Shown here piece after piece: positions 10,315-21,079 of a DNA stretch of 64,000 nucleotides (positions are counted from its first letter, which is position 1; each line of letters begins with the position of its first letter). The position numbers and the translations under genes are program-made. Below the pieces are notes generated by a model, which was given only the letters and a program-made list of their open reading frames with translations, did not search any database and had not been told where the DNA came from. The stretch comes from Rebecca billardiae RCC1528 (taxonomy: Eukaryota; Protista; Haptophyta), in NCBI GenBank assembly GCA_965240325.2, contig OZ251225.1, forward strand, positions 1,240,001 through 1,304,000, in the 5' to 3' direction.

Positions 10315-11982
10315 ATGGCTTCTGCGAGCGCCTTCAGCCCCATGGCCGCGCTGCGCAAGGTTGCGGGCCAGCCAAGCGGCTCGAGTGCCTCGCCCGTCGG
10401 TGGCGAGCCCGAATTCGAGCCTCTCGTCGCACCCTCTGCTTCGCGGCTCCAGCGCGAGGCGACTCTGCGCGGCGGCTACCCGCAGGTGCCAGACAACTGC
10501 GTGGTGACGGGCGGCACGGGCTTCGTGGGGCAGCGGCTGGTGGAGATGCTCGTCGAGCGTGGCGCCAAGCGCGTCGTCTCCTTCGACATCGTGCCCAAGC
10601 CCGCGGACGCATGGGAGCACCCTGCGATCGAGTACGTGCAGGGCGACCTCCGCGACAAGGCGGCGGTCCTCGATGCGTGCAAGGGCGCGGACTGCGTGTG
10701 GCACAACGGCGCGGCGGTGGGGCCATACCACCCGAAGAAGCTGTACGAGGAGGTCAACTACGAGGGCACGCTCAACGTGATCGAGGCGTGCAAGAAGGTG
10801 GGCTGTAAGAAGATCGTGATGTCGTCCTCGCCCTCGACCCGCTTCGACGGGAAGGACGTGGACGGGCTGACGGAGGAGCAGATGCCGTCGATCCCGCAGA
10901 AGCGGTACCTGGCGGAGTACGCGCGCACAAAGGCGATGGGCGAGGTCGCGCTGCGCGAGGCGTGCGGCCCGGACATCATGGGCGTCGCGGTCGCGCCACA
11001 CCAGGTGCGCCGCCTGCCGTGCGCGCGCGCGCGCACCGCCCGTCGTCAGTGCCAGCCAATGCCCTGGGCCGAGTGCGCCGACAATCTGCTCGCGGGTGCC
11101 GCGCGTGGGAGCTTTGCTGTGCGCGCCGCGCATGCTGACGCGCGTGGCGCCGCATCCGCGCCGACGCAGGTCTACGGACCGCGCGACAACCTCTTCCTGC
11201 CCAACCTGCTGGAGGTGGCGGGCACGGGCAAGCTGCGCGTCTTCGGCAACGGGCAGAACCGGATCTGCTTCTCGCACGTGGACAACTACGCGCACGGCCT
11301 GATCATCGCGGAGCGCGCGCTGTACACGGGCTCGAAGGCCATCGGCAAGTTCTACATCTGCACCGACGGCAACACGCACCCGTCCCCCGAGGGGTGAGCG
11401 CGTGCGCGCGCGCACACCAGCTCGGCGCGCGCCATGCGCGCGCGCGCGCGCTGACCCGTGCTCACTCCGCGCCCTTGGGCTGGCGCGGCGCGCGCGGCGA
11501 GCAGCTACGGGCTGTTCTGGAAGGAGCTGGACCGCGCAGTCGTCGGCATGGGCTTCACCTCCGTGTACCGCAAGTTCTCGCTGCCGTACTGGTTCATGAT
11601 GTCGCTGGCTTACGTGTGCGACTTCATCGGGATGATCATCGGCGTCAAGCTCAAGCTCAACCCGTTCTCGGTCAAGATGCTCACGATGCACCGCTGGTTC
11701 CGCATCGACGCGGCGGAGCAGGATCTGAAGTTTGCTCCCATCATCCCGTACGAGCTGGGCTGGGCGGAGACAATCACGTGGTTCCGGTGCGCGCGCGCGC
11801 GCCCGCCTGTCGGCGTGCTGCTTGGCACTCGCTCACGACGCCCCCCACCATGTGCGTCGCTCGCGTCGCACCGCCGCAGAGAGTTCTGGCTGCCCAACTT
11901 TGACGTCAAAGCCGGCGGCTACGCGGGCAAGATTGCAAAGCAGACGCAGAAGAAGATCGACACGCAGGCGAAGACGAAGTAG
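10315..11982 (+). CDS. NSDHL: 3beta-hydroxysteroid dehydrogenase/C4-decarboxylase (NSDHL/ERG26 family), 4 exons
   Basis: VVTGGTGFVG, YARTK catalytic motif, PHQVYGPRD, HVDNYAHG. Predicted introns 11005-11169, 11394-11504 and 11787-11879 (all GT..AG) join ORFs 10315 and 11458 into one continuous protein. Confidence 0.88.
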
Positions 11983-12317
11983 GTCGGGTATCCTGTGACC
12001 GGGGCTGGCGCCGAGGCGCTGAGAACCGCGCGATTGCGGCCGTGTCGCGGTGCAGCATGGATAGTGATACCGTTGATAGCTAGTACCAGGACGATTGGTC
12101 ACACTACAGTCTGATGCTGCCTAGTCGTGACAATACGGTAGTCATCACCGGGGACTACCGTTGCTGTCCATCACGGTGATCACCACTCGGTGGCCGCGCA
12201 GAATGGGGCGATGTGATCGGTGATGATGATGTCACACGTGATAGCTTAGTTAGTTACTCAGGTGCATCTAATCTCCCGTAACGGTCGAGCACCCCTCGCT
12301 AGGCGAGGGGTGCGGCG

Positions 12318-13077
12318 GAAAGGACAGTGGAAACCCGGGGACTTTGTCCCCGCGCCCCTATCGCGGGCTCTGGCGCGCGAACGCTTTGTCACTACTGTAC
12401 TGGATCCCCGAGGTGGAGAGCGGCGCTCCGTGCACCAACAAAGACATCCCCAGCCGCATGTTGCCACTCGACACCTCGTCTCGCCTCGCGCGGAGCCAAC
12501 TTGTGGTGTGCGGGAGCCACCCGTAGCACACTGGGCCGTGTAGCGACGCGCGTGGCGGGTCAACAGTGCATCGCGAAGGCGTCGCACGCGCAATCCGTTG
12601 AGTACATACTCATGTCTGTCCCATGGCACGTCGTGCGCCGCCGTGTGCGCCGATGCACTCCCGACTCGCGACGCGCCGCGTGCAGCACAGCCTGTGCTTC
12701 GGGTAGCTCCCGCACACCACAAGTTGGCTCCGCGCGAAGCGAGACGAGGTGTCGACAGGCGGTGCATGACGTGCCATGGGACAGACATGAGTATGTACTC
12801 AACGGATTGCGCGTGCGACGCCTTCGCGATGCACTGTTGACCCGCCACACGCGTCGCTACACGGCCCAGTGTGCTACGGGTGGCTCCCGCACACCACAAG
12901 TTGGCTCCGCGCGAGGCGAGACGAGGTGTCGAGTGGCAACATGCGGCTGGGGATGTCTTTGTTGGTGCACGGAGCGCCGCTCTCCACCTCGGGGATCCAG
13001 TAGTGACAAAGCGTTCGCGCGCCAGAGCCCGCGATAGGGGCGCGGGGACAAAGTCCCCGGGTTTCCACTGTCCTTTC
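12318..13077. mobile_element. Foldback/MITE-like element with ~320-bp terminal inverted repeats
   Basis: GAAAGGACAGTGG... at 12318 mirrors ...CCACTGTCCTTTC ending at 13077. Arms ~12318-12642 and ~12757-13077 are near-identical. The spacer holds an extra partial arm copy. No clear TSD. Confidence 0.9.
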
Positions 13078-13286
13078 TGTTGGCGGTGTCGCAGAGCGAC
13101 CCGCCGGCCGTTACAGGGCCATTACCCGAAGGCGGTAGTGTTAGTTATGTACTCCCTTGATTCCTTTGGTTACTGGTACGATTTTCGCCCGCCCGCGGCG
13201 GCCTGCCAAGGACTGCTCACCACCAAAGGAACGGAGAAGACTGCCACTGGCTACAACCGTAATTCAATTCGAGCGGGAGGATCACG

Positions 13287-13907
13287 ATGGCGGCCGGCTG
13301 TCGCGCCACTCGATCCCTCCTCCAATCGTTGCGCTCCGATCGTGCCGTGCTCGAGCACCTCGCAGGCACGCTGCAGAATGAAGGGGCAGCAATCTCCTCA
13401 TTTGTGAGAGCACTGGACGAGTGCGCTGGCGCAGTCTTTCCGACGGCACTGGGCAAGAGTGGCGCGGCAGCAAGTCGCATGGCAGCGTCACTCCGCAGCA
13501 TTGGCATGCGATCGCACTGGGTGCATGCAGCGGAGTGGGCGCACGGTGATCTGGGCGGGCTTCATGAGAATGACGCGATCGTATGCTTTTCGAACAGTGG
13601 GCGCACCGCGGAGCTCGTTGCCCTCGCCCGGCACGTGCAGCAACTTGCAAACGCTCCAACATTGCTTGCCATCACGGGCGATGCGCACTCTGAACTGGCA
13701 CAAATCGCATCGCATACTCTCCTGTGCCAGGTCGATGCCGGCGCCGAATTATTTGACGTGATGCCTGCGGGAAGCGTCGTCGCGCAGGAAGCGCTCGTCA
13801 ACGGCCTCGTGTCGGCCCTTGCGGAGCAGAGGGGCGTGTCACGCGCTGATTTCCTCCGCCACCACCCAGGTGGGAACATTGGTACCCTTTCGTCATCTCC
13901 TGCATGA
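13287..13907 (+). CDS. SIS-domain sugar-phosphate isomerase (KdsD/GutQ arabinose-5-phosphate isomerase-like, no CBS domains)
   Basis: LGKSG, WVHAAEWAHGDLG, FSNSGRTAEL, AITG...SELA and FLRHHPGGNIG motifs. Intronless. Confidence 0.88.
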   Translation: MAAGCRATRSLLQSLRSDRAVLEHLAGTLQNEGAAISSFVRALDECAGAVFPTALGKSGAAASRMAASLRSIGMRSHWVHAAEWAHGDLGGLHENDAIVCFSNSGRTAELVALARHVQQLANAPTLLAITGDAHSELAQIASHTLLCQVDAGAELFDVMPAGSVVAQEALVNGLVSALAEQRGVSRADFLRHHPGGNIGTLSSSPA

Positions 13908-14596
13908 TCACCTTGATGACCATGCACCTTGACGCATGCTGGGCCTGTTGAGCTCACTACATCGCAACGATTCTACTGTACTCGGGCGATCCATCTGGCG
14001 CCAGTCTCGGACTGCTTTGCCTCGGCCCAAATCAGAATCAGCGGGAGCTAACTGTGACAGGCCGGGCCGCCGCCCGAACCGCCCGTGACCACGTCGGTGA
14101 CGTCCACCGGCACTGGACCGCGGACCGTGGTCCGCTGCGACTTGCGAGTGGCACGCCCTGCGCACTGTCCGTCTGTCGTCTCCGCCGGTCCGTCCGGGGA
14201 CTGACGGATAACCGTGTCTGGCTCTGGGCGCACATTGGCGTCATTGCACAACTACACTATCGTACGAGTGACTACTAGAGTCGGCACGCCCCGACCGCCG
14301 CGGGCCAGGGCCGGGCGTCGTCCGCTCCGGCCGCCGCCGCTGGCGGGCGCCGGCCACGGCCAGCCCGGGCCGTGCGCCGGCCGGCGGCCTGCGGCCGCCC
14401 CGCGCCCGCTGGCAGAGTGGCGGCCAATGGAGGCCTGCCGTTCTGAACGTTCTCAAACGCGTTTGGGGCCTCGCCGTTCCGAACGGTTTGCCAAGTAACG
14501 CTCCCAGTCTGGTTGCGGCAAAACGGCCCCCCGCGAATCACGGTCGAAGCGCGAAAGCGGGCGGACGGCCCGACGCTCGCGCCCGACCGGCCCCCC

Positions 14597-16450
14597 ATGG
14601 TGCTGCGCGCAGCGCTGCTGTGCGCTGCGCTCGCCCTCGAGCTGGGTGCAGCCGTCGTGTGGGACATGTTCTCCGCGCGCGTGATGAGCGAGCTCGTCGC
14701 GCTCGGCGCGTGCGCACTCGTAGGCGTCGCGCTTTTCGCGCGATGCTGCTGCTGCCGCGGCGCACCGCCCGACGCGCGCACGGCACGATGGGCGTCGGTG
14801 ATTGCGCTGCTAATCGTCGTGGAGTTCGTGTGCGCGGCCAGCGCGGGTCACATCCTCTTCACCGCGGTCTCCGTCCTCGTACCCGCGCTCGTCTCGCCGC
14901 TCGGCGCTCGCACGCGCAGCGCAGGCGGTGCCGCCATGACCGTGCTGGCGCTCGCAATAGCAGGCACGGCAGCAGCGGGGACGGACGCGCTTGAGCGCAT
15001 CGGCGAGGCCGCGAGCGAGGGCACCTCCGTGCTGCTCCTCGGCCTCGGCTGCCTCGTCTCCCTCGCCGCGCAGTGGGCGGTCGCGCAGCACGTGCTCGAG
15101 CGGAGGCCGCGCGCGCGGCCGTCTGCGAGCGCGCGCGATGACGAGTTGGATGACGAGCCTCCGCCACCGAGGATCGGGCCGACCGCGCTGCTCGCTGCGG
15201 TGCTCGTGCGCGCGTCAGCGCTCATCGCGCTGGGCGTGCTCGCGCTCTTCGCCGTCGCGCGCCTCGCGAAGGACGCGCACACCTCTGACCTCGCCGCCTC
15301 GCTGCTCGAGCGCTCGCCGGCCGCTCACGAGGCGCTGGAGGACATCGACGCGGTCGCGCTCGTCGACGAGCGCTGCGTGCGGCTGCCGTTCGGCGACGTG
15401 CGGTGCTGGGACGTGCCGGAGCGGCTGACGCGCTGCGTGGACCTGCCCCTCGGGCTGCACTTCTGCGCGAGCGCGCACGCGCTCACGCTCGCCGCCGTCG
15501 CCACCGCGCTGTGCGTCGGCATGGTGTGCGTGCTCTGGGCGAGGCTGGCGCTCGTGGGCGCGCTGGGCGCGTGCTCGCTCGCGTCCGTGTGCGTGCTGGC
15601 CAGGCTGGGCCGGCTGGGGCTGGCGATGCTGGGCCTCGAGCCCGCGGACGAGCACGCGACCGTGCTGCCGGAGACGGACCGGCAGCGCGCGCTGTGCGCG
15701 GCCGCCGCCACCGCCGCCACGCTGCAGCTGCTCCTCGCGCTCGCCGAGCCGCCCGGCCGTGGCCGGAGCGACGGCGCGGCGACGCCTCGCGGGGGCGCGC
15801 CCGCCACGCCGCGCGGGACGGGGCGCTCGAGCGAGCTGCTGCTTGAGGTGGGCCGCACGCGCTCCGATGAGCAGCGCTCCGACACGCCACGCTCGCCGCG
15901 CGCCGACGCCGCCGCCGCCATGGCCGCCGCCGAGTGGGCCGAGTTTGAGCAGTTCAAGCGGTGGCGCGAGATGCGTGACCTGCGCGAGTACGAAGCGACG
16001 CGCGCGACGCGCACCGCGCATCCGCCGCTCGGGCGGCGCGACGCCGCGCCGCCGGCGTACGAGTCGGTAGTCGTGCGCAGCTTCGGCGCGGCCGACGGCG
16101 GCCCCGAACGCGCGCCGCCCACGCCGCCCGCCCGGTGGGTGTCTGTGCTCGCCGACGATGGCGAGACCGTGGCGCTCACGTGCACGCGCTGCGGCTTCTC
16201 CACGTGCGGCGACGCGGCCATGCAGCAGCACGCGCTGCACTGCGCGGCGCCGCCGATCGTGCTGGCCCTCGACGGCGCGGGTGGGAATCGTCACCCGCCG
16301 CCGCACTGGGATGCAGACCACCAGTACGAAGGCGCGGCACGCAGGCTGCAACCGCTCGCTGCGGGTGTCATGGCCGTGCGAGACTTTGACCGCCAAGGCT
16401 GTCAGTGCCATGATGGTCGTCGGACGGCCGAGCCGTCGCTTTACGTGTAG
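14597..16450 (+). CDS. Multi-pass membrane protein with C-terminal C2H2/C2HC-like Zn finger
   Basis: ATG 14597, about 8-10 hydrophobic helices, CTRCGFSTCGDAAMQQHALHC near the C-terminus. Family not recognised. Confidence 0.65.
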   Translation: MVLRAALLCAALALELGAAVVWDMFSARVMSELVALGACALVGVALFARCCCCRGAPPDARTARWASVIALLIVVEFVCAASAGHILFTAVSVLVPALVSPLGARTRSAGGAAMTVLALAIAGTAAAGTDALERIGEAASEGTSVLLLGLGCLVSLAAQWAVAQHVLERRPRARPSASARDDELDDEPPPPRIGPTALLAAVLVRASALIALGVLALFAVARLAKDAHTSDLAASLLERSPAAHEALEDIDAVALVDERCVRLPFGDVRCWDVPERLTRCVDLPLGLHFCASAHALTLAAVATALCVGMVCVLWARLALVGALGACSLASVCVLARLGRLGLAMLGLEPADEHATVLPETDRQRALCAAAATAATLQLLLALAEPPGRGRSDGAATPRGGAPATPRGTGRSSELLLEVGRTRSDEQRSDTPRSPRADAAAAMAAAEWAEFEQFKRWREMRDLREYEATRATRTAHPPLGRRDAAPPAYESVVVRSFGAADGGPERAPPTPPARWVSVLADDGETVALTCTRCGFSTCGDAAMQQHALHCAAPPIVLALDGAGGNRHPPPHWDADHQYEGAARRLQPLAAGVMAVRDFDRQGCQCHDGRRTAEPSLYV

Positions 16451-16952
16451 TGAGCCTGACGACCGGTCCGAAGCGCTCGGGGCCTGGACTAGCTGAGTTA
16501 TGTCGCAGCGCAAATTACTATAGTAGTCTTACGGTAGTAATGAGCCGCGCGCGGTCAGACTCAGAAGTCAGATTCGTCATCATCATTACGGCAGCATACT
16601 GTACGTCGTCGAAATCCCGGATTAACTCACTAACTGCAGGCCTGAAACGGGCCAGCGGGAATATTCTTCAATATATAATGCACGCGCAATTATAAACCGG
16701 TACGACTGACGCTCGGTAAGCAGTCGTGTGGCGGCCGCGACTGCCGACTCGGCCACTGGCATTACTGGCTGCCGATGCCAGTCGTCGTATAGTCGGGGCA
16801 GTGGCACTCACGGTCACGAGACTCATGCCACCGCGGCGGTCACTGTACTTTCGACGTGCACACTGCGCATGTACGCTTGTACTTACTGCTGTGCACAGCA
16901 GTGCAGTACGACGTACTCAGTACATGATACAGTAACGAGTAGTCGAGTGTCA

Positions 16953-17181
16953 CAGTTTACTATGTTTTAACGTGCACACGTGGTTAAACAGCAGGGCCAT
17001 GCGAGCCGCGCAGCGCAGGTGGATCGCGCTCCAGCAGCTCAAGGCCGCGCTCAAGCAATCCGATCGCGGTGCAGGCTATGCTCTGCCACCAACGCCGACT
17101 TCGTGTCGACGATCGGGCACTGCCGCCGACGAACCAGGAGACCCGCTTCGTCCTACCTGTGTCGTTAAATCATAGTGAATG
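16953..17181. mobile_element. MITE-like element with CAGTTTACTATG ends (Tc1/mariner-like)
   Basis: Left end CAGTTTACTATGTTTTAACG at 16953. Degenerate inverted end CGTTAAATCATAGTGAATG at 17163-17181. Confidence 0.55.
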
Positions 17182-17262
17182 AGTAGCTTACACGCCTTCA
17201 GACTCTGATCCGCCGCTCGTTACCGCCGGCTTTGAGGCCGACACGCCATACTGGGGCACATA

Positions 17263-18701
17263 TCACCTGAGGGCCAGGCCTTCTGTGTGATAAGCTACCC
17301 CAGTCATGCCGCTTGATACACGCCTTCCCCAACCGACAGTGGGGCTCCACATTCCATACTACTAATAACTACATCCTCACGATCATCCTGTCGGCGCGCT
17401 GTTGCATCGGCGCCCAGTCGGCGAGTTCGGACGACGACGTTGTGTGGACGACGGTGGGGCGAGGACGACGGGCGCTGACGCGCCGCGAGGCGGCCGCAGC
17501 CCTCATCCAGGCCTCGCAGGCGGACGGCTGAACGAATCTTCCGGCGGCGCTACCATCGGCGACGGAGGCCACTCGAGCGACTTCGTGTCAGGCGAGGCAG
17601 ATCGCGCCAGTGCGAGGCGAGGCAGACGCTCGCCTGCCTCGCCTCGAGGCGAGGCAGCTAAGCTAGTAAAGCCGCGGCCGAACTTTACGAAAGCCAAATG
17701 TCTGCCGAGGCGCCGCCGGTCTTCGCGCACGGTGACAAGGGCGCGCGAGGGCGCTTCCTCACGATCCCGAAGAGCGCTGCGCGCGGCGTCGCGTTGGCGG
17801 CGGCAGCGGCGCTTGGGTGTATCTTGCCCATTCTGCGTGGCGGCGCGCGCTCATGACGCCTCGGCCGCCGCCACGCCATGCGCGACCAGGCGTGTCGCCT
17901 TCTTGACGGGCAGTGCACACGCCCTTGCAACCGCACAGCCGTGAAGAGCCGAGAGCGTCCGTCGCGAGCACGCCGCCCACGCGGGATGCGTTGTCAGGAC
18001 TATTCGTATGACACTGGGTGTTCACGCTCTGGCATGTGCAAGCCACGATGACCATGGGTAGCAGCTACGACGAGCAATGCTCACCTGCATTTCAGCCGAT
18101 GACAACCTCTCGTTCAGCGATCTTGACTGCACTGAACGCATGGCGAACTCGGCGGAGCGCATGCGCAAGGTAGCTTCGTTGATATCACAACGCATCCCGC
18201 GTGGGCGGCGTGCTCGCGACGGACGCTCTCGGCTCTTCACGGCTGTGCGGTTGCAAGGGCGTGTGCACTGCCCGTCAAGAAGGCGACACGCCTGGTCGCG
18301 CACGGCGTGGCGGCGGCCGAGGCGTCATGAGCGCGCGCCGCCACGCAGAATGGGCAAGATACACCCAAGCGCCGCTGCCGCCGCCAACGCGACGCCGCGC
18401 GCAGCGCTCTTCGGGATCGTGAGGAAGCGCCCTCGCGCGCCCTTGTCACCGTGCGCGAAGACCGGCGGCACCTCGGCAGACATTTGGCTTCCGTAAAGTT
18501 CGGCCGCGGCTTTACTAGCTTAGCTGCCTCGCCTCGAGGCGAGGCAGGCGAGCGTCTGCCTCGCCTCGCACTGGCGCGATCTGCCTCGCCTGACACGAAG
18601 TCGCTCGAGCGGCCTCCGACGGCTTCATGGGCGGTGACAGTTGGCGCCTTGGCGGGCGTCGAGAGCTGCGTGCGTCTCTTATTCTTGTTATCCATAAACT
18701 G
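17263..18701 (-). mobile_element. Dispersed non-autonomous element (host of the 1054-bp foldback), homologous to 57692-58295
   Basis: 17263-17563 and 18618-18701 align to the reverse complement of 57692-58295. The terminus is ...AAACTG followed by TA. Confidence 0.8.
17564..18617. mobile_element. 1054-bp foldback DNA transposon with 431-bp TIRs and target-site duplication
   Basis: 17564-17994 is nearly the exact reverse complement of 18187-18617, with a 192-bp spacer. It is flanked by a GAC duplication (17561-63 / 18618-20; CGACG if the ends are trimmed by 1 nt). The empty site is visible at ~57765-57785. Confidence 0.93.
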
Positions 18702-18791
18702 TACTGTACGGTGAGGACTTCGGAATCTTCGTCTGGCGAGGACGACGGGCCCCGCTCCACGGTCGGCCGTCTGGGAGAGGCGGTCGACCGG

Positions 18792-20795
18792 ATGTCGCTG
18801 GACGGCATGGACCGCCCGACCGGGCAGCAGGACTTCGCCACGCGCTGTCTCCGCGCCATGCACCGCGCGGGTCGGTCGGATGCCGCGCTGGTCCACCAGA
18901 TGCGGAGCATGAGCATGAGCCATCTCAACCTGATCGGCTCCATCGCGCACCCCGACCCGCTGGTGCGTCGGATACGGGGGAAAATCAGGGAGGAGGACGC
19001 GCGAGGCGGGCCGCCGCGTGACACGCTCGAGCGCGAGTATGGGCTGAGCGCCTCGGACGCGAGCCGCTTTGAGCGCGCGGTGCGCAACACGTGGCCCTGG
19101 CCGACTGCTGAGGACGAACGGATTGCGACGGCGCGCGAGGTGATGGACAGGTATGGTCTGCCGGCGGACGTGCCGCTGGGCCGCGGGTACGGCGAGACGG
19201 CGCTGGGCGAGGCGGTGGACTGCGCGCGAGGCGCCGAGCTCGGCATGCTGCGCTTCCTCGTCGAGGAGCGTGGCGCGGACGTGGGCCACGTGAATCACTT
19301 TGGCGACACGCCGCTGGGCGGCGCGGTGCGTGAGGCCAAGTGGGCGGCGATGTACTACCTGGCGGGCACGGTGCCGCCCGAGCGGCTGCGCGAGCTGCTG
19401 CACATGCGCACGAACACGGGCTTCTCCGTGCTCCGGCTCTGCGCGCTGCACCTCTACTGCACGTACGAGCGCTCGGACGAGATTGTATCTCACTTCAGCA
19501 CGCTGCTGGAGTGGGGCGCGGACGTGAACGCCGTCTCCGTCTCGGGCGGCACGGTGGTGCAGGACATCCTCGACCCGGACGAGCGGAACGGCTCGTGGCG
19601 CGCGCGCGAGCTCGCGCTCGAGGCGCTGCTGTGCGGCGAGCGCGCGGCTGAGGTCGATCTGACCGTGCGCGTGCGGCGCGCGGGCGACCGTGACACTGGC
19701 GTGTGGGCTGGGACACTCGCCGAGGAGGCCGCCAACTGCGACAACCCGGAGCTGCGCGGGCTGGTGCTGCGCGCCGCGGCGGCGCGCGAGCGCGCCACGC
19801 CGGGCAGCGGCGACCCCGACAACGTGCTCGGCCTGCGCCCGTCGCCCCGCCGCCGTGCGCCCGGCCGGGTCGTGTTCGTACCGCAATCCGACCCGCCGGT
19901 CGACGAGTGCGCGGGCTGCGGCGCCGCCCAGGCGGTGTTCCGCTGCGCCGGCTGCGCGTTCGAGCGGTACTGCGGCGAGGCGTGCCAGCGCGAGCGGTGG
20001 CGGCAGGGCGGGCACAAGCAGCGCTGCGCCACGCTGCGCCACCGGCTGCCCCCGACCGTGCAGCTGCTGCGGCACGCGCGCGGCACGGATGTGGGCTCGC
20101 CCGCCAGCCTCGTGACGCCGGGCGTCCATTGCGCGTACAGCTGCCGACGCAGCTGCCCGGAGGAGGCGGAGGAGGGCGGCGGCGCGGGCTGCGCGTGCGT
20201 CGCGGCGGGGCGGCCGTGCCTCCGCCTCTGCCCGGCCAGCTGCGCCCTGCGCAACCCGCACAACCGCCCGCCCGACACCACCGCAGCGGAGGGCCTGCGC
20301 CTGAGCGAGTGTGCGATGGCCCACCTGGCAGCGGTGCGTGCGCTGCGCGCAGAGCAGCTTGGGCAGCGCTACCGGCTGCCGTGCGCGGGGCGGCCCTTCG
20401 ACGCGCGCAGCGCGCTCGGTGACGGCAGCGGCGGCGAGCACGGCCTCGAAGCCGACGGCGCGGCCGAGCACACGCCCAGCGCGTCGCTGCGCGCGCTGCT
20501 GGGCCGTGTCGAGTGCTGCGGCGTGTGCACCGGCGCGGGCGTGCAGCACGCGTGGTGCTTCTGCATGAACCGGGTGGTGCGCTCCGACGCGGTGAAGCAC
20601 TGCGTCTACTGCGGCACCTGCTTCTTCGTCCGTTCCGGCTGGCTGCGCTGCCCGCACTGCCGGCACCGCGACCCCAAGCCCGGCGGCCGTTGGGTTTGGT
20701 CGGAGGGCGACCCAAACTCACCGCCGCACAAGCGGTGGGCGCACGAGCACGTTCCGCCGCCCGAGCGCGACACAGTCACGGTGCAATGGTGCTGA
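18792..20795 (+). CDS. Ankyrin-repeat / MYND zinc finger / Cys-rich (CXC-like) protein
   Basis: Ankyrin motifs GETALGEA and GADVGHVNHFGDTPL. MYND CAGC..CAGC..YCGEACQRERW..GHKQRC. Further Cys clusters follow. ATG 18792 is preferred because the ORF-track start lies inside a repeat. Confidence 0.82.
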   Translation: MSLDGMDRPTGQQDFATRCLRAMHRAGRSDAALVHQMRSMSMSHLNLIGSIAHPDPLVRRIRGKIREEDARGGPPRDTLEREYGLSASDASRFERAVRNTWPWPTAEDERIATAREVMDRYGLPADVPLGRGYGETALGEAVDCARGAELGMLRFLVEERGADVGHVNHFGDTPLGGAVREAKWAAMYYLAGTVPPERLRELLHMRTNTGFSVLRLCALHLYCTYERSDEIVSHFSTLLEWGADVNAVSVSGGTVVQDILDPDERNGSWRARELALEALLCGERAAEVDLTVRVRRAGDRDTGVWAGTLAEEAANCDNPELRGLVLRAAAARERATPGSGDPDNVLGLRPSPRRRAPGRVVFVPQSDPPVDECAGCGAAQAVFRCAGCAFERYCGEACQRERWRQGGHKQRCATLRHRLPPTVQLLRHARGTDVGSPASLVTPGVHCAYSCRRSCPEEAEEGGGAGCACVAAGRPCLRLCPASCALRNPHNRPPDTTAAEGLRLSECAMAHLAAVRALRAEQLGQRYRLPCAGRPFDARSALGDGSGGEHGLEADGAAEHTPSASLRALLGRVECCGVCTGAGVQHAWCFCMNRVVRSDAVKHCVYCGTCFFVRSGWLRCPHCRHRDPKPGGRWVWSEGDPNSPPHKRWAHEHVPPPERDTVTVQWC

Positions 20796-21079
20796 ACAGA
20801 GTCAGCTGAGGGCACCGGACTGGTCACGGGTTGCGGAGCGGCCCACGTGAGTACGTGACGGCGTGAGTTCTGCGTCATCGCGGACGAGTCGTACCAGCGT
20901 ATATAGTGAAAATCGGCAGCGCACAGACTACCGCCCGCTACCGGAGTACCGGCCCGGTATCCTGGCACCCCCGCGTATAGTACGGGCGAAGCCGGAAGCG
21001 AGAGTACGACTGTCCTGACGGTCCTGCCTCCTTCCGATTCCGAAGCCTATCGGACGCGGCTGTATAGCTCAGCCGGCGC

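Noticed and set aside
12258-13068. Mirror-image ORFs on both strands (also 17402-18714)
   Set aside because: Artefacts of the long inverted repeats, with no transposase motifs.
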